A DNA stretch of 64,000 nt from a virus (taxonomy: Duplodnaviria; Heunggongvirae; Uroviricota; Caudoviricetes), in IMG/VR virus record IMGVR_UViG_3300028534_000001, positions 68,338 to 132,337 of that record; one strand, written 5' to 3'. This document shows, piece after piece, positions 1 through 9,453 of this stretch; the stretch's first letter is position 1; every line of letters begins with the position of its first letter. The notes beneath the pieces are model-generated. The model was not told the origin of the DNA. It made no database searches and saw only the letters and a list, made by a program, of their open reading frames with translations. The translations under genes were made by a program, and so were the position numbers.

Positions 1-218
1 TAATTACCTTCAAAAATTCCTAATATACTTTTGTTAATTTGAGTTACTATTCTAAGATAATCCATATTTAAAGCAATAGCTTTAGGTGCTTTATTAAAAT
101 ATTTACCGGCAAAAGGAGTAAATTCAAAACTATCTGAACCTTCATATATCCATAATTTATTCAATTCTACATCTTTTACTGGAATATTTTTAATGACTTT
201 ATCATATTTTTCAACCAT
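1..218 (-). CDS. Tail/baseplate-associated protein, runs off the left window edge (not in ORF track)
   Basis: ATG at 218-216 preceded by AAAGGAAAATAA; frame open to the window edge: MVEKYDKVIKNIPVKDVELNKLWIYEGSDSFEFTPFAGKYFNK...; the WIYEGSD motif resembles the N-termini of neighbouring tail genes. Confidence 0.7.
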   Translation of the reverse strand, partial: MVEKYDKVIKNIPVKDVELNKLWIYEGSDSFEFTPFAGKYFNKAPKAIALNMDYLRIVTQINKSILGIFEGN

Positions 219-228
219 TTATTTTCCT

Positions 229-837
229 TTAATATAGTTCATAATAAACTATTATTTTTACCATTTTAACTTCTTTATTAGCAAATGTATTTACAAAAAA
301 TTTAACTGAATTACCTTCAATCCACCATCCGCTTGTATTAGCTTCATCTGGGATTTTATCTTCAAAAAAAGGTAATCCATCAATTGAAGCACCTAATGGT
401 GGTATATTAACAATTATATTATCAAATTTAGCTACTACTTTAATATGGTCAGTTCTCCCATTTAATTCTATTTTATCATAAATAGATATAGAATTATAAG
501 GTTTTAAATCTTTATCTTTTTTATAAGTTAATGTTATAGATGCTGGTGTTAAAATAACATTTTCTTTAATATAATTTTGAAGTAAATTATAAACTTCTCT
601 TCTTATAACATATTGTGGTCTAAAATAAAAATTATCTGTATTTAAACTTTCATAAAAAAATAATTCTTTACCATTAAAACTAGTAATATGATTATCAATA
701 GTTTTATGTAAATTAAATTGATATCTTTTTTCTAATTCATTATAAATTTTTAATTTTATATTTTCTACTTTACCTAATACATCTAATAATTTTTCACTTA
801 AATTTAATTTTTCTTCGTCTATTAAAATGTAACTCAT
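229..837 (-). CDS. Hypothetical tail-region protein, paralog of 839..1468
   Basis: Shares PP(L/I)GxSIDGLPF.E...SGWWIExNxVK with the adjacent ORF; lies in the tail fibre cluster. Confidence 0.6.
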   Translation of the reverse strand: MSYILIDEEKLNLSEKLLDVLGKVENIKLKIYNELEKRYQFNLHKTIDNHITSFNGKELFFYESLNTDNFYFRPQYVIRREVYNLLQNYIKENVILTPASITLTYKKDKDLKPYNSISIYDKIELNGRTDHIKVVAKFDNIIVNIPPLGASIDGLPFFEDKIPDEANTSGWWIEGNSVKFFVNTFANKEVKMVKIIVYYELY

Positions 838-838
838 A

Positions 839-1468
839 TTATCTCCAAGCTATAATTTTAAATTTCATTTTAGCACATTTACCTATCCATTGAGGAAAAT
901 TTGCTTTTTTTAAGTATATTTTAACTTGGTTATCTTCTATCCACCAGCCTGAATAATTTTTTAAATTATTTATATTTTCTGAAAATGGTAATCCATCTAT
1001 TGAAATACCTATAGGTGGTATTTGTGTTAAACTTTTATTGCTACCGCCGTTTTTATCAATACATTCATCTACTTTTACTAAAACTTCAATATAACTTGGT
1101 TCAAAATCTAAACTATCTATAGCACCAATATATAAATCTTTTGAAATATCTAAATTAGGAATATCTGTCCATTCTTTTATATAAGAAGCGCTTAAAGGTT
1201 TTTTATCATTTTGTTCTTTTATGTCTTTTTTAATAGATTCTATTACAGGTTTAAAATAATCTTTCATTTCAGCTAAAAATTCATCATATGTTTTTCCACT
1301 TAATAAAGAAGAATTTTTAGCATAATTAACTGATAGAGGGTTTCCATCATTATCAACAACAACATTACCTACATTTTTTAAATTTTTAGATTCATAATCT
1401 ATCAAAGATAAATCATCTAATTTTTTACTAAGTTCATCTAATTTTGTATATATATCATCTATAGTCAT
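839..1468 (-). CDS. Hypothetical tail-region protein, paralog of 229..837
   Basis: Same C-terminal motif as 229..837; N-terminal short coiled coil and NSSLLSGK fibre-like motif. Confidence 0.6.
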   Translation of the reverse strand: MTIDDIYTKLDELSKKLDDLSLIDYESKNLKNVGNVVVDNDGNPLSVNYAKNSSLLSGKTYDEFLAEMKDYFKPVIESIKKDIKEQNDKKPLSASYIKEWTDIPNLDISKDLYIGAIDSLDFEPSYIEVLVKVDECIDKNGGSNKSLTQIPPIGISIDGLPFSENINNLKNYSGWWIEDNQVKIYLKKANFPQWIGKCAKMKFKIIAWR

Positions 1469-1782
1469 TATTTCTCCTTAAAGTTTTCCCATTTTTTAAT
1501 ATATCCATAATCTTTAAATAAACTTTCAAAAGTTTTTGAGTGTCTTATATTAAGATATTCATTATAAATTTCATCTATTTCTTTTTTAGGTTTTAATTCA
1601 TCAGAAATAGATAAAAGATAATCTAAATATAAAATATTATTATAAACTATTTTATCATTTTCTATTAAATTTTTTAATTGTTTATTTAAAACATAAGCAT
1701 TTAAAGTAAATTGTTTATTATTTTTACCCTCATAAAATTTAAAAACATCAATTGTTTTTTCAAATTTTCTAACAAAACTCAT
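1468..1782 (-). CDS. Hypothetical protein
   Basis: ORF coupled to both neighbours; no recognised motif. Confidence 0.55.
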   Translation of the reverse strand: MSFVRKFEKTIDVFKFYEGKNNKQFTLNAYVLNKQLKNLIENDKIVYNNILYLDYLLSISDELKPKKEIDEIYNEYLNIRHSKTFESLFKDYGYIKKWENFKEK

Positions 1783-2356
1783 ATTCTTGTCCTTCTAAAA
1801 CTACTTCTCCTGTACAGAAATCTTTTTCTACTGAATGTGCTTGATTTTCTGAAATTATAATAGCATTACCAGTACTTAATTGAGAAGAAATAGTTTGAGT
1901 ATCAACATTTCCTAATTCAGATAAAGGTAAAATATTCCCATTATTATCTAAAAATCCTATTATTTGACCATCAGAATTTTGAACATATATTATAGTATCA
2001 TTTTCTTGATATTCTAATATTTGTTTTATTGTTGGTGCTAAATTTATATAACATTTACCACTTTGATTTTTATAAAAATCAAAAAATTGAAAATAATTTA
2101 AAATATCATTTATTTCTTGGTAAATAATATTTTCAGTTTTTTCAATAATATAATCAAATGTAATTCTATCTTTTTCTGCATCTTCAAATTTTTTATCTAA
2201 TATTTTAAAATTTTCACATAATATTTCATCATTTTCTAACAACATATTAAATTTTTCTTTATAATTTTCAGTTGTTAGAAAATCATATTTAGAAATATCA
2301 GATTTATCATACCAAAATGGATAGTTTATTTCAGACCATTTTAATTCATTATACAT
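1769..2356 (-). CDS. Hypothetical tail-region protein
   Basis: FWYDKSD...LLENDEIL N-terminal motif similar to neighbouring fibre genes. Confidence 0.55.
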   Translation of the reverse strand: MYNELKWSEINYPFWYDKSDISKYDFLTTENYKEKFNMLLENDEILCENFKILDKKFEDAEKDRITFDYIIEKTENIIYQEINDILNYFQFFDFYKNQSGKCYINLAPTIKQILEYQENDTIIYVQNSDGQIIGFLDNNGNILPLSELGNVDTQTISSQLSTGNAIIISENQAHSVEKDFCTGEVVLEGQEYEFC

Positions 2357-2375
2357 ATTTTAGACCTTTTATGAA

Positions 2376-3527
2376 TTAAACTTTTATAATATTTAATTCA
2401 GGGTCTATTAAATATCCTACAAATTCATTATCATTTGAAATAATATTAAAATCTATACATTTTCCATAACCTGGATTATTTTTATCTACTATTACTTTAT
2501 CACCCCTTTTACCTTTATTAGATAATTTTACTGGTATTCTACCTTTTAAAGCTATAGGAGATGTAATAGTTTTATTTTCTAATTCTTTATTTAAAAGATA
2601 TCCATAGACATTAGTTACTACACCTAATACAGGTCTAGTTCCATCAGCTATTTCACCTTCAAATTCTTTACCTATTTGAACAATAGTTCCAGGTTCAAAA
2701 AAATCACTAGTTTCATATAATTCTGCAATATCAGCTTGAGAAATACTATAAAAACTACCATAAATTTCTTTAGCATATAATTTTTGAAAAGGTTTTTCTA
2801 AACTTCCTATATTTGTATTTTCATTTAAAGGATTTATATTATTTACATTTAAATTTTTAGTATCTAATGTAAAATTAACATTTGTTTTTATTATAAATTC
2901 ATCATTTTTATTTTCTGAAATAAAACTTATTTCAGCTGTAGTTTTAGAATCTTTATTAGATGTTTTTATATCCATTTTATTAGATAAATTATTTACTTCA
3001 TTTTGAAAAGATATCCCTGTTTCAGTGTTTTCTTTTCCGTGAAAAATAATACTTTCTTTATTTGTATAAAAATCTATAGTTGAAGGATTTAAAACATAAT
3101 TATTAGAAATTTTAAAATGTTCTGTATAAAATTCATTTACAACAAATTTTTCAGCAGAACCTACTGTAATAGCTAAATTAGAAGATTTTATATTTTCATT
3201 TATTATATTATTTATAACTGATGTATCAACTTTTAAATTTTTAGAAGAAATATTATCAGAATTTATATTTTTAGATGTTAAATCATCATTAGATAAAGAT
3301 GATATTTTAGATATCTTAGATGTAAGTTCATTTGTGTTTAATTTACTAACATTAAAAGTATCTTCATTAAAATTTTTTTCAATAGTTGATATTCTTGTAT
3401 CTAAATTATAATCATTATCTTCAACTTGTTTTATAATAGTATTCATAAAAGCTGATGTAAAAGGAGTTCTAAGATATTCGTCTTTACCTTCATAAAATTT
3501 ATTAAGAATAGGATAAGGAAGAGCCAT
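2376..3527 (-). CDS. Tail fibre/spike with C-terminal intramolecular chaperone (Peptidase_G2-like) domain
   Basis: C-terminal ADIAELYETSDFFEPGTIVQIG...PIALKGRIPVK...GKRGD motif typical of autoproteolytic fibre chaperones; repetitive beta-rich shaft. Confidence 0.7.
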   Translation of the reverse strand: MALPYPILNKFYEGKDEYLRTPFTSAFMNTIIKQVEDNDYNLDTRISTIEKNFNEDTFNVSKLNTNELTSKISKISSLSNDDLTSKNINSDNISSKNLKVDTSVINNIINENIKSSNLAITVGSAEKFVVNEFYTEHFKISNNYVLNPSTIDFYTNKESIIFHGKENTETGISFQNEVNNLSNKMDIKTSNKDSKTTAEISFISENKNDEFIIKTNVNFTLDTKNLNVNNINPLNENTNIGSLEKPFQKLYAKEIYGSFYSISQADIAELYETSDFFEPGTIVQIGKEFEGEIADGTRPVLGVVTNVYGYLLNKELENKTITSPIALKGRIPVKLSNKGKRGDKVIVDKNNPGYGKCIDFNIISNDNEFVGYLIDPELNIIKV

Positions 3528-3537
3528 ATTAACCTCC

Positions 3538-5379
3538 TTATCTTAAAATATCAACAAAGAAACTTATTTCTGTAGTATTATCATCTAAAACAATTTGAGA
3601 ACCATCTAATTTATAAGCAGCTACTGTAAATGATACTATATGACCATCACTATTATATTCAATATTTTCAATATGAGTAACACCCAAAATAGATTTTAGT
3701 TGAGAAATTAAACCTAAATTAGTTCTTTTTAAATTAGAAAAATCAGAAATTTTAAATTTACTATCATCAACATAATCAATACTTACACCATATGATGAAA
3801 ATTCTTTTACTAATTCAGCTTTTTTATTTCCATTACTATCTGAATAAACTTTTACTTCTGCACTAATTCTTTCTGCATAATTTTTAGTTTCTATAGTATT
3901 TGTTCCATCACTAATAGATGTACTTGTTTTAAATTCAACTTTTTTATCTAAATCTATTAAAACATTATTATCAGCATCTACAATATCATTATTTGAAGAA
4001 TCATATTCTACTTTTTTAGATAAATTTATTAAAACATTATTATCTTTATCATTTATAGTTTTATTACCACTATCATAATCTACTTTTTTGTTTAAATCAA
4101 TTAAAAGATTTCCAGCTGAGTCAGTTATATATTTATTATCAACATCATATTCTGTTTTTTTATTTAATTCTTTAGTATTAGCATCAATATCAAAAATAAC
4201 TGTTCCATCAGTTTTAGTAATAGTATTATTATTTTCATCATATGTATTTTTAGAATCTAATTGGTTTTGATTATCTAAAATATCAAAAATAGTTTTACCA
4301 TTTTTATCAACTATTTTATCTTCAGTTACTTTACCATTTTCATCAGTAGTTATTTTATGTTCATTTTTAGAATCAACTTTTTTATTATTATCTAAAATAT
4401 CAAAAAGAAGATTATTATCATTATCTAATAATTTATTTACAGTAACTTTACCTGAACTATCTTTTTTATAATCAGTTATAACTCTTGTATCTTGTAAATT
4501 ACTTATATTGTTTTTATTATTATCTATATCATTATACATAGTATAAATACTATATGTTTTAGTTTTTTCATTACCATTTTTATCAGTATAATTTTGAGAA
4601 ATAGTATAATCAGTTACTTTATCTTTGTCTTTATCATATATAACTTTATCATCACCTTTTTTAGCAACTTCAGATTTTAAATCATCTATAGAATTTTTAT
4701 TATCAGAAATATTAGATGCATTTTTAGAAATATTATTTTTATTTGTATTTATATCAATTCTATTACTATCTATAGAATTTTTATTTTCAGAAATTTTATT
4801 ATCATTATCTGTTATATCAAATACTTTAGTTCCATCAGTATCAGTAAAATATTTATCAGTTACATTTCCATTATCATCTTTATCTTCTTTATAATATACA
4901 CTAGCAGCTGCTGCAGCTTTTAATCCTGCAATTTGTCCATCTATATTAGCTAAATGTTCATTTGTAGCAGTAAAATCTTGTAATACTTCTCCATTAGTAT
5001 TTATAGCTTGGATATGACCATCTGAAATTCTATATTTTACCATATTAGAAATAATAATTTCTTGTAAATTACCATCTTTATCTTTCACATAAAGTTGATT
5101 ACCTTGAGCGTATATATTTATATAATCTTGAACGTTTTTATTAAGATTTTGAATATCTAAAATTTCTTTTCCATCTTTATCATAAAGATTTCCATTTTTA
5201 TCAGTCACAATAATTTTAGATAAATCATCTTCAGAAAATAAATCATTCATTTTTTGAACAAGTGGTAAAATAGAATCTATTTCATAAGTATTACCACTTG
5301 AAGTTTTTAGTTCATCAGTTTGAACTTCACCACCACCATTTTTAACATTAGGTGCGCTAAATCTTTCATTTATTCCCAT
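3538..5379 (-). CDS. Tail fibre-like protein with coiled coil and tandem beta repeats
   Basis: N/D/K-rich; heptad segment; about 24-aa repeats (NVLIDLxKKVEYDSxNxxIxDxD). Confidence 0.6.
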   Translation of the reverse strand: MGINERFSAPNVKNGGGEVQTDELKTSSGNTYEIDSILPLVQKMNDLFSEDDLSKIIVTDKNGNLYDKDGKEILDIQNLNKNVQDYINIYAQGNQLYVKDKDGNLQEIIISNMVKYRISDGHIQAINTNGEVLQDFTATNEHLANIDGQIAGLKAAAAASVYYKEDKDDNGNVTDKYFTDTDGTKVFDITDNDNKISENKNSIDSNRIDINTNKNNISKNASNISDNKNSIDDLKSEVAKKGDDKVIYDKDKDKVTDYTISQNYTDKNGNEKTKTYSIYTMYNDIDNNKNNISNLQDTRVITDYKKDSSGKVTVNKLLDNDNNLLFDILDNNKKVDSKNEHKITTDENGKVTEDKIVDKNGKTIFDILDNQNQLDSKNTYDENNNTITKTDGTVIFDIDANTKELNKKTEYDVDNKYITDSAGNLLIDLNKKVDYDSGNKTINDKDNNVLINLSKKVEYDSSNNDIVDADNNVLIDLDKKVEFKTSTSISDGTNTIETKNYAERISAEVKVYSDSNGNKKAELVKEFSSYGVSIDYVDDSKFKISDFSNLKRTNLGLISQLKSILGVTHIENIEYNSDGHIVSFTVAAYKLDGSQIVLDDNTTEISFFVDILR

Positions 5380-5391
5380 TTAAAATCCTTT

Positions 5392-6462
5392 TTACATTTT
5401 TATAATAACTTCATCAGTTCCAGATGTTAAAGCTATACCTACTAATTTTTTATAATCTTTTAAAGTTGTAATATCATTTTTAGCAATACATTTACCATTT
5501 TTATCTGCAATAATATAATCACCTTTATTAGCAGAACCATTTATTTTTACTTTAACTCTACCTTTTAAAGCAACTAATATAGGATTTTTAAAATTATTAT
5601 TTTCACCTAAAATATGACCTGGTGTTTCAGAAACTACTCCAAAAACTTTACCACCATTATAAATAGTACATTCGATATTTTCTTCTTTTGAAATTTCTAA
5701 AACAGTTCCTGGTTCATAATTTTTATCACTTTCATAAAATTCTGCTACATCGGCACCAGTTGTTCTAACATTTCCAGCTAAAATAGCACTTTTTTCAACT
5801 TTACCATCAGCATAAAATAAATATGTATTAGGTGTATCTCCAGAATTATCATCATCATATACTATAGCATCTTGTAAATCTTTAGAACCAAAATTTATAT
5901 ATGAATTTAAAGCATAAAATGAACCTGTTCTTATAAAAGATTTACTATAATCATCTTCTGCTTTAAAATCTAAATAATCTGCTTTAGCATTACTATCTTG
6001 AACTACACTAACTTTTGAAGATAATTCATTAAATTCTATATAATTAGTTTTTAATGTATTTATTTTTAAATTTTTTAAATTACCATCATCATCTTCTAAA
6101 GACATGTCGTCTGTAGTATAATTTAAATTAACACCATTTACATTTAAATTATTAGTATTTACTTTATAAGTTTTTAAAGTAATTGTATTTTTATTATCTG
6201 AATCATTTAAATTTATTGTTTTATCATTTTCACTAGAAATAATAATTTTTTTAAGATCAATTTCATCTGTACTTAATTTAGAAAATTTTTCTTCTCCATC
6301 TAAAATTTTATAAATTTTATCATCTAAAATTAAATCATTATCAGCTAATTGTCTTAAAGGTAAATTTAAATTTACACCATTAAAATCTGTAGCTCTATCT
6401 GGGTCATTTCCCTCATACCACAAAAACATATTATTTGTAGTGTATGTTATGTAATTTGCCAT
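5392..6462 (-). CDS. Second tail fibre/spike with C-terminal intramolecular chaperone (Peptidase_G2-like) domain
   Basis: GADVAEFYESDKNYEPGTVLEIS...LVALKGRVKVKING...KGDYI motif. Confidence 0.7.
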   Translation of the reverse strand: MANYITYTTNNMFLWYEGNDPDRATDFNGVNLNLPLRQLADNDLILDDKIYKILDGEEKFSKLSTDEIDLKKIIISSENDKTINLNDSDNKNTITLKTYKVNTNNLNVNGVNLNYTTDDMSLEDDDGNLKNLKINTLKTNYIEFNELSSKVSVVQDSNAKADYLDFKAEDDYSKSFIRTGSFYALNSYINFGSKDLQDAIVYDDDNSGDTPNTYLFYADGKVEKSAILAGNVRTTGADVAEFYESDKNYEPGTVLEISKEENIECTIYNGGKVFGVVSETPGHILGENNNFKNPILVALKGRVKVKINGSANKGDYIIADKNGKCIAKNDITTLKDYKKLVGIALTSGTDEVIIKM

Positions 6463-6476
6463 TCCATTATCCTTTT

Positions 6477-7034
6477 TTATTCACAAACTTTTTTAAAGTA
6501 AATTGTCCAACTAAATTTTAATTTCATTTCATAATCTTTATAAATAGCAGCTCTTGTTTTTCTTGAAAACATAATATTTTTGCCTTGTTTTTCTTCAGGA
6601 GCAGTATTACCATAAATAGATTCACTTAAAAGAGCATATTCTGTTATAAGTTGTTCTCCAGTAGAACCATTACATTCATCTTTTTCTAAAATAACACTAA
6701 AAACTACACCATACCCATAATCATCTTCAATTAAATCATAAGTTACTTCTTTTCTAAAAACTTCATTATCTAATTTATAATCATTACAAGTAGCAGGTCT
6801 AATATTTTTAGTATCGTCTTTTTCAGTTAAATTCATATCACCAAAAGCAATATATTTTATACCTTTAGTATTTTCATCATTAACTAAAAATTGTCTAATA
6901 AGATAACCACTATCTACAACTATTTGATTTTTATCTTCAAATAAAGTTTCGGCGCTTCCATCATCTTTTATAATTTCAGCTTTTAATATACCCATTAGGT
7001 GTTCTCTTGTATCATAATTATCTCTTAAATTCAT
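6477..7034 (-). CDS. Baseplate/tail-fibre attachment protein
   Basis: IAFGD...LDNEVFRK...ITEYAL...MFSRKT...KFSWTIYF pattern seen in myophage baseplate/tail-collar proteins; position. Confidence 0.5.
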   Translation of the reverse strand: MNLRDNYDTREHLMGILKAEIIKDDGSAETLFEDKNQIVVDSGYLIRQFLVNDENTKGIKYIAFGDMNLTEKDDTKNIRPATCNDYKLDNEVFRKEVTYDLIEDDYGYGVVFSVILEKDECNGSTGEQLITEYALLSESIYGNTAPEEKQGKNIMFSRKTRAAIYKDYEMKLKFSWTIYFKKVCE

Positions 7035-7073
7035 TACCTCAAACCTTTATTTTAAAATTATTTAATTTTTTTA

Positions 7074-9443
7074 TTAAATTTTTTCATCATCAGGGAAAAA
7101 TCTTTCTAATACAATATAATTTTTAATTTTACTTAAATCTAATATATAAGGTCTATTATCTTTATAAACAAATTTTCCACCTATTTTTATTAAATTATCT
7201 ATATTATTTATATGTTCATATTTTTCAAACCAAGCTTCTCTAATTAAAAAATTATTATTTTTGACTTCTCTTATATCTAATTTAAATCTTTTTAAATTTA
7301 AAACAACATAATCACCTATAATTTTAAAAATTTTTGATAATTGATAATCTTTATTAAAATAATCTCTTAAAATATATTCTTTATCACCTTTACCAACTAA
7401 ATATAATTCTTTAATATTTAGAGATTTTGGTTCATTATTATGAATAATAGATGGTCCATAAATTTTAAATTTTCCTGTATTTCTAGTCCATTTACCATAA
7501 TGTGAATAATTACCAGCAGGTAACCAAGGGTTATTTAAAACATATAATTCATTTATATTTTCATCTTTTAATGATGTATTTTCTATATATTCAAAATGAT
7601 TAAACATTTTATGATAAATAACTCTATTTTTATATTTGTCATTATACATAGCAAATCTACATTTAGCAATATTTCCATTTAAATGTTTTTGAGAAATTGC
7701 TTTATCAAATGTTACTAAAACATCAACTAATTTATCATTATCTTTTGTTATACATCTTTTAGCTATTTTAATATTATTTAATTTTATAACATCTTCTTTA
7801 TTAGAACCATTTATTAAAATTTTTTCATTATTTTGTACAAATCCTTTAGTTATTAAATTATCTTTTTCTTTAACAATACCTGAACCCATAATTTTAAAAC
7901 CATAAGGAGATTTAGAACCTTGAGAATAAATTTCTAATTTTTCATCAATAGTATTATCATCAAATGTTTCTACAACATTTAAATCAATATCAAATTCAAA
8001 TTTATTTTTACCTTCAAAAGGCTCAAAAATATCTATATTTGATAATTCAATATCTATTTCATTATTTTCATCTATGTTACTTAACTCATATATAGTATTA
8101 GAATTTAAAACTAATTCTTCAAAATAAACTTTTAAATAAAATGGCATTCTCTCTAATAATATTTGTTTATAAGAATTTATATGTTCATTAAATTTATAAA
8201 TTTCTTCTAAATTATCTATATTTATTTTTATTCTATAATCTAAATAACATTCTTTAATATTACCTTCTAGAGAAACTCCTTTAAAATTTATTTCTTCTCC
8301 AGGAATCTTAAAAGCTTCAGTATTAGAAATTTTAATATTAGCATTATTATCTATAGCTAAATCATTTTGTTCAAAATCTTGACCTTTTATTTCTTTTAAA
8401 ACTTCAATATAATCTTTTACTTCTTTAATAATTTCTATTTTTCTATCAACAATATCACCCAATAATTTTATATCTTGTCTAAAAATTATTTTATTATCAT
8501 AAATATCATCAACAAAATATATACCTCTAACATTTTCTTTATTATAAGAACAATCTCCTAAAGAAATATTTTCTAAATATTCTAAAGAAAAATTACCTTT
8601 TCCTGTATAAATACATTTAAATGTATCTTTATATTTATTCCAAAGATTTTCATTTCTTAAAAATATTTCATATTCTTTTTCCATTTTTTCTATATCAATA
8701 TTAAATACATAATTTAAAAAATTTAAATATGAAGAATTTTCATCATTAAATTCTAATTTATTAAATAAATTTAATTTTTTAATAAAATCTAAATCTTTAT
8801 AAGTGCCTTTAAAATCATAATAAGCATTTAATTCTTCTATTTTTTCTAATGATACATATTTTTCAATTTCTTCAGGTTTATGACCTAATATATATTTTAT
8901 AAATAAAATATCATTTTCATAAATATCAAATTTTTCACTTAAATCTTCCGATACTTTTTTTAATAAACTTTCCGTAAAAGAAAAAACATTTGTATTAACT
9001 ATTTCTAAATATTCTTTTTTATAATCTAATTCATATTCAGCATATTGATTAAAAGTTATATTAAAATTTTCTACTAAACTATATACAGATATTATATTAT
9101 AATTTTTAAAAATATATATAGATTCTTCTGTAAAATAAATTAAAATAATATCTCTAAATTTAAATTCATATGAATCATTATTTATATTTATTGTAATTTT
9201 TGTATTTTTATATTTTATTTTTTGTACACTCAAAGAGACATAACTTCCAATATTTATATCTCTATATTTATTATTATATTCTCCATATTTCATTAAATAA
9301 CTATTACTTTGTTTTTCAAATATTATAGGTCCTCCATAATATTCAAAAATTTTAGAAATATTTTTTTGTTTAGTTAAAAAACTAGGAGATTTAAAATTTT
9401 TTGTAGATGTTTTTTGAGAATTAAAAAAATCTTTCCAATTCAT
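7074..9443 (-). CDS. Large baseplate wedge protein (positional gp7-like)
   Basis: 789-aa ORF directly after the gp6-like gene; no diagnostic motif recognised. Confidence 0.4.
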   Translation of the reverse strand: MNWKDFFNSQKTSTKNFKSPSFLTKQKNISKIFEYYGGPIIFEKQSNSYLMKYGEYNNKYRDINIGSYVSLSVQKIKYKNTKITININNDSYEFKFRDIILIYFTEESIYIFKNYNIISVYSLVENFNITFNQYAEYELDYKKEYLEIVNTNVFSFTESLLKKVSEDLSEKFDIYENDILFIKYILGHKPEEIEKYVSLEKIEELNAYYDFKGTYKDLDFIKKLNLFNKLEFNDENSSYLNFLNYVFNIDIEKMEKEYEIFLRNENLWNKYKDTFKCIYTGKGNFSLEYLENISLGDCSYNKENVRGIYFVDDIYDNKIIFRQDIKLLGDIVDRKIEIIKEVKDYIEVLKEIKGQDFEQNDLAIDNNANIKISNTEAFKIPGEEINFKGVSLEGNIKECYLDYRIKINIDNLEEIYKFNEHINSYKQILLERMPFYLKVYFEELVLNSNTIYELSNIDENNEIDIELSNIDIFEPFEGKNKFEFDIDLNVVETFDDNTIDEKLEIYSQGSKSPYGFKIMGSGIVKEKDNLITKGFVQNNEKILINGSNKEDVIKLNNIKIAKRCITKDNDKLVDVLVTFDKAISQKHLNGNIAKCRFAMYNDKYKNRVIYHKMFNHFEYIENTSLKDENINELYVLNNPWLPAGNYSHYGKWTRNTGKFKIYGPSIIHNNEPKSLNIKELYLVGKGDKEYILRDYFNKDYQLSKIFKIIGDYVVLNLKRFKLDIREVKNNNFLIREAWFEKYEHINNIDNLIKIGGKFVYKDNRPYILDLSKIKNYIVLERFFPDDEKI

Positions 9444-9453
9444 TTATTTTTCC

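Noticed and set aside
229-6462. Diversity-generating retroelement acting on tail fibres
   Set aside because: No reverse transcriptase in the window; differences between the paralog segments are not adenine-restricted and look like ordinary divergence
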